DNA of 64,000 bases from a candidate division FCPU426 bacterium. GTDB taxonomy: Bacteria > Oederibacteriota > Muellerivitia > Muellerivitales > Muellerivitaceae. Shown here piece after piece: positions 37,995-48,957 of the stretch (positions are counted from its first letter, which is position 1; each line of letters begins with the position of its first letter). The translations under genes were made by a program, and so were the position numbers. The notes under the pieces were generated by a model. That model was not told where the DNA came from. It made no database searches and saw only the letters and a list, made by a program, of their open reading frames with translations. The stretch covers positions 1 through 64,000 of the forward strand of contig CAWCKJ010000016.1 in assembly GCA_963796105.1 (NCBI GenBank), in the 5' to 3' direction.

Positions 37995-38750
37995 TCATGG
38001 AATGGTATAGGTAACCAACATCTTCGGTTTTTGCTGGCTGTTCCCCGTGTTGTCCCAAAACGATATGGAGCCAGAAAGCGACCCGCTTGTTTCCGGCTCT
38101 GGCGAGATTAAAACCCCGTAATTGTTGTTGGCCTTGTTCACCCAAACCTGGGCAAGGGATGGCGTGATGTTCCAGGCAAGAAGGACTTGGGTCGTGTTCA
38201 CTTGCGTAGCGGTAACAGTCACCGCGTCCATATAAGCCAGGTTGTAATCCACGCCTGCAGTAATGGGTGAACTAGCTCCCCCATCCCATCCATATGGGGT
38301 TACAAGAACGTTCCAGGTGCTTGAGTCGTTCCAAGGCACCTGGCCTGCTGGGGGTGGTATGACCTGGTGGATGCCGAAAACGTAAGTGCCTGTGGAAAGG
38401 TTCGTGGTGGTTTCCGTGGCCAACTGGAGGCTCGCGGCGGTGATGGTGGCGTTTGAGGGAATGCCATAGGACAGGTCGAACCTCAACAAACCCAATGCCA
38501 CGTTCGAGGTGGTTGATCCAGTGGCCACCAAGATTTCACCTGTACCAGGGGCGATATTGGGAAAGCTTCCATCGATCCAATGGGTGTCCGACCCGCCATA
38601 TCCCGAATCGGGATAAATCCCATTCTCGAATACTGTTGAATAAGTCGGGATGGTCGGTCCGGCTGGGCCTTGGGACCCGGTTGGGCCGGAAGGCCCTTTT
38701 TCACAACCGGCTAATAAAAAAGCAATGGCTAGAATCGAAATGGTTTTCAT
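37995..38750 (-). CDS. Lipoprotein with DNRLRE-like domain
   Basis: LLAGC lipobox, short GPxG repeat, LLRFDLS..IPSNATITAASL, NNYGV, KPKMLVTY. Confidence 0.75.
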   Translation of the reverse strand: MKTISILAIAFLLAGCEKGPSGPTGSQGPAGPTIPTYSTVFENGIYPDSGYGGSDTHWIDGSFPNIAPGTGEILVATGSTTSNVALGLLRFDLSYGIPSNATITAASLQLATETTTNLSTGTYVFGIHQVIPPPAGQVPWNDSSTWNVLVTPYGWDGGASSPITAGVDYNLAYMDAVTVTATQVNTTQVLLAWNITPSLAQVWVNKANNNYGVLISPEPETSGSLSGSISFWDNTGNSQQKPKMLVTYTIP

Positions 38751-38761
38751 ATGGTTCCCTT

Positions 38762-39841
38762 TCAATAGGAGTCGGTAAAGACGGTGGTGGTTGATCCGTT
38801 GATGGGAACCGCGACATAACCCGTTTTTCCCAGGTAGGAGTAGTACAAGTCCGGGGAATATTGGGTGGTATTGATGGTGAACCCGTAATTGCCCGGTCCT
38901 AGGGTAAATTTCGGTCCCCCGCAATCCTCGGTATTCACCGACTGTCCGTTCATGGAGACGTTGGTATTGCAGCAATTGCCGCTGGTGAACCAAACGGTGA
39001 CCGGCGTGCAGGAATTCGTGGCGGTGATTTTCAAGCCCCCGTCGAATTGAAAGGCGTTATTGCTCCCGCAAGTACCGATTCCTATGAGGTTATTGGTAAC
39101 GGTCACAGTGACTGAGGAAGTGAATCCCTTGGTGATGGTCTGGGGCGAACTGTAAGCCCTGGGATAAGGAGTTGGTTCCAGGTCGAGGGCTGTCACCGAA
39201 AAACTGGGTGGCAGGTCCACGCAATTAAGCCCCGTAACAGTGATGGAGGCCGTATCGGCGCTTCCATATCCAATCGTCGTTGGTCCGTAAGTTCCGCTCC
39301 AATTATTCGGGAATGCAGTGAAAGCGATCTTCCCGGGAATGAATAAGTTTCCGGGTTGGCTATAAACAAGGCTGTAGGTGAATGGATTTCCAGGATTCGT
39401 GGAAGTGAAAGATTCCGGCACAGTCGGGGTCAAATAAATCGTCGCCCCCGCAGAATTGAAGTTGGCGGTCTGATTTGAAACGGAGACAGGCATGGTGATG
39501 GTACTGGGGGCGAATGGAAAAGGCGTTTGGGCCGGGACCACGAAAGTCCAATTCCCTATATCCAACCATGTCGGGTTGAAGGTGGCGATCCCGCTGGCAG
39601 TGGTCGCTTGGCTATAGACCGTCACCCCAGAAGGCGGTATCGCCTCAACCATCACATTGGGAACCCCAATCCCCTTATCCTCCACGAATGCGCTAACAGA
39701 TCCATGGATTCGATCAGGGGTAGGAGTAAAACCAATATCGTAAGGAACAGAGGGACCGCGATTGGATTGGCAGCCTATAAACCAGGTTCCAAGAATCCCT
39801 GTCAAAAAAAGACTCGTAACAATAAGCCGGGTTTTATTCAT
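38762..39841 (-). CDS. Thr/Ser-rich surface lipoprotein
   Basis: FIGC lipobox, beta-rich Ig-like sequence, Cys-rich C-terminus. Confidence 0.7.
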   Translation of the reverse strand: MNKTRLIVTSLFLTGILGTWFIGCQSNRGPSVPYDIGFTPTPDRIHGSVSAFVEDKGIGVPNVMVEAIPPSGVTVYSQATTASGIATFNPTWLDIGNWTFVVPAQTPFPFAPSTITMPVSVSNQTANFNSAGATIYLTPTVPESFTSTNPGNPFTYSLVYSQPGNLFIPGKIAFTAFPNNWSGTYGPTTIGYGSADTASITVTGLNCVDLPPSFSVTALDLEPTPYPRAYSSPQTITKGFTSSVTVTVTNNLIGIGTCGSNNAFQFDGGLKITATNSCTPVTVWFTSGNCCNTNVSMNGQSVNTEDCGGPKFTLGPGNYGFTINTTQYSPDLYYSYLGKTGYVAVPINGSTTTVFTDSY

Positions 39842-39944
39842 ATTTCACCCTCCCTATGAGCCGACGGGCCCTCATTGTTTAACCGAATTGCTTTTGCCCA
39901 TGTGCCGAGGATGAGATTTTTAAATATTTATGAAGCGTTGACCA

Positions 39945-39975
39945 GGACTTCAAAGTCCGCCGGACATTGATGTCC
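39945..39975. promoter_or_regulatory. Tandem palindromic operators GGAC-N6-GTCC
   Basis: GGACTTCAAAGTCC (39945-39958) and GGACATTGATGTCC (39962-39975) in the divergent intergenic region. Confidence 0.55.
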
Positions 39976-40010
39976 TGTTGTCACTTTTCGTTTTGAACTA
40001 CCATTTCCAA

Positions 40011-40307
40011 ATGCCTTATTCAGACCCTTCCGAAATATCGTTCCTAATGGAAATCCAACAAATCATCGCCAATAAAAGGGCCGAAAAAGGTTTCGGCCAG
40101 GAGTATCTTGCCGAGAAAGTGGATGCGTGCGACCGGGAAGTCCGCCGCTGGGAACATAAAACGGAAGCGATTCAAATCAATATTTTGTATTTGTACAGGC
40201 TCGCGAAAATTTTCGGCTGTTCAATCCATGATCTTTTGCCGTATGACCCTGTTTATGGCGGCAACGGGAATAAAGCAGTTAGCAGCCGTGAAAAATCCGG
40301 AAATTAA
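40011..40307 (+). CDS. HTH-XRE regulator divergent from the transfer gene run
   Basis: R..KG..QEYLAEKV.....VRRWE......LYRLAKIFGCSIHDLL. Confidence 0.82.
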   Translation: MPYSDPSEISFLMEIQQIIANKRAEKGFGQEYLAEKVDACDREVRRWEHKTEAIQINILYLYRLAKIFGCSIHDLLPYDPVYGGNGNKAVSSREKSGN

Positions 40308-40488
40308 TAAGACCCGCTGGACATTTGGAGAAGTCATGATTGCGGAGAGGAACAAGAACCACGTCTCAAGGGTTTCGGTTGAACGCATAATAATTGACTA
40401 ATTTCACGATTTGGAGGCTTTCAAAGTCCCCCGGATGTTCCCCGAAAGATATGGCTTTAGAGCGTAATGGGTAGGCTTTTTTTGCATG

Positions 40489-41469
40489 TCAATCTGACGG
40501 CTTAATGTCCAATCGAACGCAACGCGTTTGTATCAACTCGATGAATTGGTCTTGCATCGCGGCCGGCAAAAAACTCAGGCGCACCATCTCACACATAGGA
40601 CGGATCTTGCCGCCAAAACGGCGAAAGGTGTTTTCGATGGCACGTTGTGTGATTTTCAACCTGAGCCCAAGATTCACGAATTCCTCCCGCCGAAGGTTGT
40701 TCTTTTTTCCGTTGATGGGGAGGGCGGATTCCTCTTTGTCATCCCGGATCAACAGCTTGGTTGAAAGCAAATCATAGGCGGGCGCCAGGTGGATAGTCCC
40801 GTCCTCCTCGGTGATGAGGGAGAAATTCTTCAAATGCATATCGGCATTGCCGGTGATATAGGAATGCAGGGCAATATCCAAAAATCTGCCGGCATCAAGT
40901 ATTGGGTTGGTTGACCACTTCAAAATGACATCCCCGGCTTTTTCCATCGAACCGCGGTACTTGTCTTCCGTCATCCTCCCGGACAATTGGCAGAAGTCCT
41001 CCATGGCGAGTTTTTTGGCGTGGACGCGGTCAAACCGGCGCGCAATAAAGGCCATTTCACCGGATTTCAGCCGTATCAGTCCATGTTCCGCCGTGGGAAT
41101 GCCGCAAATACCGGCCAGGCGCATCGTGAGGTCTTCGACCTCCGGCATAAAGGGATAATCCGGCGTTGGCGGTTTGAGGATGTATCCCCCCCAAAGCCCG
41201 ACGATGGTGAGTCGCGCGGACGCTTTCCTACCGCGTGACGGCCGCTCAAAATCCAGGGATATTTTCCGTTGAATTCCGGTGACCGCCAACCGGCTTTGAA
41301 TCACCTTTCCCGCGAGGGCTTCCATCTCCGCGAGGCCATGGTCAAGCACAGGCGCCGTGGTTTTCCCGAAAAGTTTGCGGCAACACCCAGCGTGGTATGG
41401 AGCGCCGGCATCGGCGGTATTCCCATAACAAATAAGGCATTTGCCCGTTTTACCTGCCGTTGTGGCCAC
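40489..41469 (-). CDS. HipA-family kinase toxin (C-terminal domain type)
   Basis: GIQRKIS, YILKP, RRFDR, MEDFCQL, GNADMHLKNFS, LAPAYDL. Confidence 0.92.
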   Translation of the reverse strand: MATTAGKTGKCLICYGNTADAGAPYHAGCCRKLFGKTTAPVLDHGLAEMEALAGKVIQSRLAVTGIQRKISLDFERPSRGRKASARLTIVGLWGGYILKPPTPDYPFMPEVEDLTMRLAGICGIPTAEHGLIRLKSGEMAFIARRFDRVHAKKLAMEDFCQLSGRMTEDKYRGSMEKAGDVILKWSTNPILDAGRFLDIALHSYITGNADMHLKNFSLITEEDGTIHLAPAYDLLSTKLLIRDDKEESALPINGKKNNLRREEFVNLGLRLKITQRAIENTFRRFGGKIRPMCEMVRLSFLPAAMQDQFIELIQTRCVRLDIKPSD

Positions 41470-41854
41470 GCGCCGCCCCTTTTTCCCGGGATGTATCCAC
41501 GACGGAAACGGCGCCGATGCAATCCTCGCACGTGTTGAGCAAGAGTCCCATTCGATCGCGGGGATCCATTTTCCAGGTTTTTACGGCAACATCCAAAAGC
41601 CATCCTTCGGGAATAAGACCGTCAAAAAAAGGGAAAAGGATATTGGATGTGTAAGGTTCCGCCCTGAGCGGAAGGGTCAGGCTGACTGGAACCGGGTTGG
41701 GCCCGGACAGATAGGCTGTGTCATAGGAAAAACAGTAGCCCTCCCCGCTTTCCTCGATCAATCCGGCATACTTGTCATGGATATAAACTTGGCCGCGCCT
41801 AAATGAATCCATTGGCTTGGGCAACGGACCCGTTTGGGTATCCTCAAGGCTCAT
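41450..41854 (-). CDS. Stand-alone HipA N-terminal domain protein (HipS-like)
   Basis: AGLI...FSYD..Y...VSLTLP...FPFFDGLIPEGW...DCIGAVSV. Confidence 0.88.
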   Translation of the reverse strand: MSLEDTQTGPLPKPMDSFRRGQVYIHDKYAGLIEESGEGYCFSYDTAYLSGPNPVPVSLTLPLRAEPYTSNILFPFFDGLIPEGWLLDVAVKTWKMDPRDRMGLLLNTCEDCIGAVSVVDTSREKGAARGHNGR

Positions 41855-42062
41855 GGCGGTCCCTTTCCATGGGCACCGGCCCCAGCGTTTGCCCGAAAAG
41901 ATTTAGGACCTGGTTGACCTTGTCTGTCCTTAGGTTCTTCTTGCCCTGTTCCAATTCACGTAGAAAACGCAAACCAACGCCGGCGCGCTCAGCGAGCTCA
42001 GGCTGGGTCAATTTCATGCGTTTCCTATTTTTGATAACGAACTCAGACAGTGTTTTTTCCAT
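41844..42062 (-). CDS. HipB-like HTH regulator
   Basis: LTQPELAERAGVGLRFLRELEQGK. Confidence 0.88.
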   Translation of the reverse strand: MEKTLSEFVIKNRKRMKLTQPELAERAGVGLRFLRELEQGKKNLRTDKVNQVLNLFGQTLGPVPMERDRHEP

Positions 42063-42072
42063 GTGCCAATTA

Positions 42073-42170
42073 TATACCCGATAGGGTATAAATATATTAA
42101 TTACTTTGTTTTTATACCCTTTCGGGTATTATTTTATATTATTTACTTAAATTATACCCCTTAGGGTACA
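42073..42170. promoter_or_regulatory. Three HipB-type operators
   Basis: TATACCC-N4-GGGTA(TA) at 42073, 42113 and 42153, exactly 40 bp apart. Confidence 0.8.
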
Positions 42171-42720
42171 TATTTTTAAATTATCACTTCAGCCCATAAA
42201 CTGGTTGGAAGAACTCAATTCATAATTCATCAGCCAGAATTCAAGATTCGGGCGTAACCGCGCCCGTTGAACCTACCTGAATTCATAATTCCTAATTCGG
42301 GCCCTTCCGGGCCCGTTAGTTTGTTCCCCGAAAGATTTTTATGATGAACCAAAATCTTTAAAAATAATTCTGGGTCGTCCTAGGGCAAAAATGGTTTGAA
42401 TCTTTTAAAGGAACCTGGAATTTTGAAAAAATGTTCGAGGACGTACTGGCAGAAAATGAAATCTTAATTGATATTGGTTTATTTGGAAAAGGTAAAATAC
42501 TGACCAGGTGAAACGAACCACCATTTTGAATTTCTCAGGAGAGTTTGTTGATAGATCACCCCAAAACCTGGTGGATCTTGACAATATTAAGCGTAATGTT
42601 TCTCTCATCACGTTCTGCGAAACCGCAATTGATGTTTTGGCTTCAATTCTACCAGCGCTCCTCCCGTAAAAGCTGCGAAATGGCCGCTTCCCTCTTTTGG
42701 CGTCTTAGGTACAGATTTTG

Positions 42721-45700
42721 TAATTAATCCCCACATACGCGGGGAACGCATTTGGTCGCCGAACTCGGTGAAGACCGGCTCTGGTTCATCCCCGCGCAGG
42801 CGGGGAACACTTTTTTTTCGGGGCAACCCTGGCCGAACCACTCGGATCATCCCCGCATATGCGGGGAACTCCCAACAAACAAATGGCCCCCAACTAAATG
42901 TTTCGGTTCATCCCCGCGTACGCGGGGAACGCTTTACGCTTAGGAATCGTCCGAAGCGCCAAAACGGTTCATCCCCGCGTACGCGGGGAACGCAACTACT
43001 TTGAAAAGTTTACTTATGACACAAACGGTTCATCCCCGCGTACGCGGGGAACGCCCTAAAGCATTCTGTACGGCCACCATGAAAACCGGTTCATCCCCGC
43101 GTACGCGGGGAACGCTACGTTTTCGTAGACTTCTACGTTTTCGTAGACGGTTCATCCCCGCGTACGCGGGGAACGCATCAGCCATGGATCATATTAAGGA
43201 ACAACTCTCGGTTCATCCCCGCGTACGCGGGGAACGCTTTGAAAGTCGGAGGAAAATAATGCATTTACTCGGTTCATCCCCGCGTACGCGGGGAACGCGG
43301 CGCAGGAAACGTCGCAGTCCAGGCCAAAAGCGGTTCATCCCCGCGTACGCGGGGAACGCGCTGGGGGACTGATGAAATACGCTTTAGTGGCCGGTTCATC
43401 CCCGCGTACGCGGGGAACGCTTCAACCCGAATGACATCCTTGCTAGACTCGTCGGTTCATCCCCGCGTACGCGGGGAACGCGCCTTAGGATGATCCGTCA
43501 GGTATCGCGCCGCCGGTTCATCCCCGCGTACGCGGGGAACGCATGTCTGCTGCTCCTGCTGCTATTCCTGCTATCGGTTCATCCCCGCGTACGCGGGGAA
43601 CGCAGTCGGCCAGGGACCCTGCTAACCACCCTGTACGGTTCATCCCCGCGTACGCGGGGAACGCGTGATCCTGACCGGGATCCTGGCGGTCCTGGGCGGT
43701 TCATCCCCGCGTACGCGGGGAACGCATGGCGACGGGGCTGGGTGTAGTGGCCTTCAACGGTTCATCCCCGCGTACGCGGGGAACGCCAAGTAATCCTCTT
43801 CGGAGAGTCTCCCGAAGGCGGTTCATCCCCGCGTACGCGGGGAACGCAAACCCCCTCGTGTCTATCTGGTCCGTGATATCGGTTCATCCCCGCGTACGCG
43901 GGGAACGCTTGACATTTGTTCCTCCTGAAATTGTGGGGGGCGGTTCATCCCCGCGTACGCGGGGAACGCTGGTTTATATGTGAGTGTTATATAGCAATTT
44001 TCGGTTCATCCCCGCGTACGCGGGGAACGCTTGTTCGCCTTCTAGAATTGGCATACAGTCAGCGGTTCATCCCCGCGTACGCGGGGAACGCAAAATATTC
44101 CTCTTCGGAGAGTCTCCCGAAGGCGGTTCATCCCCGCGTACGCGGGGAACGCCAATTTTTAAAGCCTCTGCGGGTCTTTTTTCACGGTTCATCCCCGCGT
44201 ACGCGGGGAACGCGGTATTAGAAAAACAACAAGATCTTAAAATACCGGTTCATCCCCGCGTACGCGGGGAACGCTCTAAAGCATTTGGATAGTTCGGAAT
44301 CGGTATTCGGTTCATCCCCGCGTACGCGGGGAACGCGATTTCACGCCTTCGCCAAAAGTGATCTTGGCCGGTTCATCCCCGCGTACGCGGGGAACGCATT
44401 CCCGGGTCAATTAGTTTCATTTTTTCCTTCGGTTCATCCCCGCGTACGCGGGGAACGCGCCTCGGTAATGTCAAAGGGGATGCCCCTGGCCGGTTCATCC
44501 CCGCGTACGCGGGGAACGCGGTGGCACTCGTGCCAAAATTGCGCCAGGGTTCGGTTCATCCCCGCGTACGCGGGGAACGCCCATTTTTCCCCACTTCCAT
44601 CAAGATATCCAACGGTTCATCCCCGCGTACGCGGGGAACGCAGGGTCCCAAGGCAAAACGTCATTGGTCAAACCGGTTCATCCCCGCGTACGCGGGGAAC
44701 GCCCTAGCATCTAGGGTCATAAAATCCCGTTCGGCGGTTCATCCCCGCGTACGCGGGGAACGCTTGATTATCTAATAAATCGCTCTGAGAATTCGCGGTT
44801 CATCCCCGCGTACGCGGGGAACGCTTCTTACGCAACAGCAACCGGACAAGGGTTGGCGGTTCATCCCCGCGTACGCGGGGAACGCTTAGGGCCTATTTGC
44901 CGTTTTTCCGCGTTAATCGGTTCATCCCCGCGTACGCGGGGAACGCTTTCAAGCAGGGAAAGGCCAAGCGGGTTGTTTCGGTTCATCCCCGCGTACGCGG
45001 GGAACGCTAAAAATGTTCAACGTAAGGGCAAAAATTTTTCGGTTCATCCCCGCGTACGCGGGGAACGCCGTACAGGGAAGGGCTATGCCGACGGCGCCGA
45101 CGGTTCATCCCCGCGTACGCGGGGAACGCTTGAGTTGCGACGCAAGATCGGGCCAGACAACCGGTTCATCCCCGCGTACGCGGGGAACGCTGGTTCCCCC
45201 ACGTTCATCACGCTCAAGCAGTCGGTTCATCCCCGCGTACGCGGGGAACGCGGTAGTAGACCCAATTAACGAATGGTCACTAGCGGTTCATCCCCGCGTA
45301 CGCGGGGAACGCTTCGAACCTGTTTGCCCCAGGTTGGAAGCGTTCGGTTCATCCCCGCGTACGCGGGGAACGCCGCTGATCCAAACCTTTTAGATACCCC
45401 TGCCCCGGTTCATCCCCGCGTACGCGGGGAACGCCTCGGCCTTCCGGGCCACGGTGATTTTCTTCACGGTTCATCCCCGCGTACGCGGGGAACGCTTCCC
45501 ATGCCCATCCAAAAGAGGACGCCCGTTCGGTTCATCCCCGCGTACGCGGGGAACGCTTCAGGATTTCAAGGCAAGTAGGGCATTGAATCGGTTCATCCCC
45601 GCGTACGCGGGGAACGCCTTATTGTTTTTGTCGGCGTGGCCGTCTACAACGGTTCATCCCCGCGTACGCGGGGAACGCCAGGGCTTGCAATCTAGCGTGG

Positions 45701-46227
45701 GGAACCCGATCGGTTCATCCCCGCGTACGCGGGGAACGCATTACTGCTGGGGGAAACGGGTGGCGGGAAATCGGTTCATCCCCGCGTACGCGGGGAACGC
45801 ATCATTGTCCCCCTATCAAAGCGAATACCGCGCGGTTCATCCCCGCGTACGCGGGGAACGCAGTTGCTTTACTTCAGTCTGGTACACGAACACCGGTTCA
45901 TCCCCGCGTACGCGGGGAACGCTTTTATAAGGTTTTTTGGGCTTCTTAAGTTTTCGGTTCATCCCCGCGTACGCGGGGAACGCTCCTTGGATTTTGGAAC
46001 ACCACGAACCCTGAACGGTTCATCCCCGCGTACGCGGGGAACGCAAACCCCGGGCTCATGCCGAGATCTATAACGACGGTTCATCCCCGCGTACGCGGGG
46101 AACGCTGACGGGGAGATCGTGGAATGAACAATATGCCCGGTTCATCCCCGCGTACGCGGGGAACGCGGCCGGTAACCCGACTCAAAGACCGCTGGATTCG
46201 GTTCATCCCCGCGTACGCGGGGAACGC
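42721..46227 (-). CRISPR. Type I-E CRISPR array, ~58 repeats and ~57 spacers
   Basis: 29-bp repeat GCGTTCCCCGCGTACGCGGGGATGAACCG (minus strand), 61-bp period, three degenerate repeats at the left (trailer) end. Count estimated from span divided by period. Confidence 0.98.
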
Positions 46228-46298
46228 ACTTATAAAAGGCCCTTTAAAGCGTCATTTTTCCGACAAATGGCTCCGTAGCTTAAAAAAACACCCAAGCA
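46228..46298 (-). promoter_or_regulatory. CRISPR leader
   Basis: AT-rich interval between the cas2 stop and the first repeat. Confidence 0.7.
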
Positions 46299-47505
<1,207 letters not shown>

Positions 47506-47510
47506 TACCT

Positions 47511-48224
47511 TTAAATCTTCCGCACTAGCATCAGCCCGCATCCAAACCCCTTCGCCGGGCCGATACCGTTAAAAAGAGCCTCTTTGAACTTACCGGGATC
47601 TTCCACCGTCAAAATACCCTGAAAATCCAGGGTGCTAAACCTTATAGGTTTACCACCCCGTTTTGATAACCAATGTTGCCGGTAGCCATCAACGCGAATT
47701 TCCCCTTTTGCAATGGCAAAACCATTTTTCGGAGCCCTTGCGGAAAGCCATTTCCATCCTTCCTCGGCCATCAGTTCGGGCGTTGGTTGCCATTGATTCT
47801 TGAGAATGCCGCCATTTTTCAAGCGGGTCTTGGCTTCCATAACCACATCGTGCCGCACCCCTCTTTTACCCTTCTCACTCGGAGCCTTGGAACGTACGGG
47901 GTTCACCCGCAGGGAAAAAGCTAGTCGCTGACCGGCATGGATTTGGGGACTATATTCCTTGGACTGATAAGTCCAAAGGTCACTGCCCACATCGGCGAGG
48001 GGCTTACAGGAGGACAAGATATAAAAGCATGGCCATTTCCCGGCTTCCCGCCGAAACAGGAAAGCACGTTCGTCCTTCCCGTCTTCCTTTGTTTTAGCGT
48101 TTTTCTCCACACCGGGAAAGAACTTCCATAGGATTTGGTGTTCCCGGTATTCATTGCCACCCAATAAACCGGCCAAACGATTCGGGTCCACATCCCGCCT
48201 CAATGCCACCTTGGAAAAATACAT
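47511..48224 (-). CDS. cas6e: Cas6e
   Basis: HQILW, FSLRVNP, GIGPAKGFGCGLM. Confidence 0.95.
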   Translation of the reverse strand: MYFSKVALRRDVDPNRLAGLLGGNEYREHQILWKFFPGVEKNAKTKEDGKDERAFLFRREAGKWPCFYILSSCKPLADVGSDLWTYQSKEYSPQIHAGQRLAFSLRVNPVRSKAPSEKGKRGVRHDVVMEAKTRLKNGGILKNQWQPTPELMAEEGWKWLSARAPKNGFAIAKGEIRVDGYRQHWLSKRGGKPIRFSTLDFQGILTVEDPGKFKEALFNGIGPAKGFGCGLMLVRKI

Positions 48225-48233
48225 GGGGCCTCC

Positions 48234-48950
48234 CTAATCTAGCATCGCGTGATTTTCATGCCGCGTGTCGAATTGCCAACGAACCCGGGAAATTATAATA
48301 TCCCTGGCTGTGAACTCATGCTGGGGTTCCAGGCCGGAATTACCTTCCTTGTCCCAATAAAGGGCCTTTCGGCCCGGCCCGACCAAATCACCAACCCATT
48401 CTTTCGAGGCGAATGAAGCCTTCTCCAAAGCTTGGCGAATAGTCACCGCCTGTATGACCTGAGCTTGTACCGGCAGGGCCAAGGGGCATGACTTCCGGCC
48501 CAAGTAAGGGACAAAGCAAGGCTCTGCAAAGGCTTGGGCCAATCGCGCGGGGGAATAAGGCGCACCGGACTTGGCCCAAAGAACCACGGTGGACACGGAA
48601 TCGGTACGGTAATCCCGGCTGGAAAGAATTGTTCCAAGTTCCTCTGCTTCCAATTCATCCTTGCGGGTATGCATCCCCCTTTTTTTGGTTTCGTTGGAGG
48701 GCGGCACTTGGATGGTATGGTAGTCGGTCAAATGCTCTCCCAGCTCATCCACCCGGACGGCAAAACCGTAACCTCCCGCAAGCTTCCGTTGCTCTTCTTC
48801 CTCCTCTCGCTTGATACCCAAGGAAGCCGCCACCAAGCCTAGAATGGCGGATTTGGAAGGCCGGATAACGCCGGGCCGCACATCACCCACGGCGATGTCG
48901 CCCCAAGCCGCCATGGGGCCGTAAAGTTGGAAAACCAGGTAGTCGATCAT
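48234..48950 (-). CDS. cas5: Cas5e
   Basis: LYGPMAAWG, PSKSAILGL, DYHT, YLGRKSCP. Confidence 0.95.
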   Translation of the reverse strand: MIDYLVFQLYGPMAAWGDIAVGDVRPGVIRPSKSAILGLVAASLGIKREEEEEQRKLAGGYGFAVRVDELGEHLTDYHTIQVPPSNETKKRGMHTRKDELEAEELGTILSSRDYRTDSVSTVVLWAKSGAPYSPARLAQAFAEPCFVPYLGRKSCPLALPVQAQVIQAVTIRQALEKASFASKEWVGDLVGPGRKALYWDKEGNSGLEPQHEFTARDIIISRVRWQFDTRHENHAMLD

Positions 48951-48957
48951 GGCTTCC

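Noticed and set aside
42180..42720. Short ORFs between hipB and the CRISPR trailer
   Set aside because: Fragmentary with no recognisable family; possibly gene remnants.
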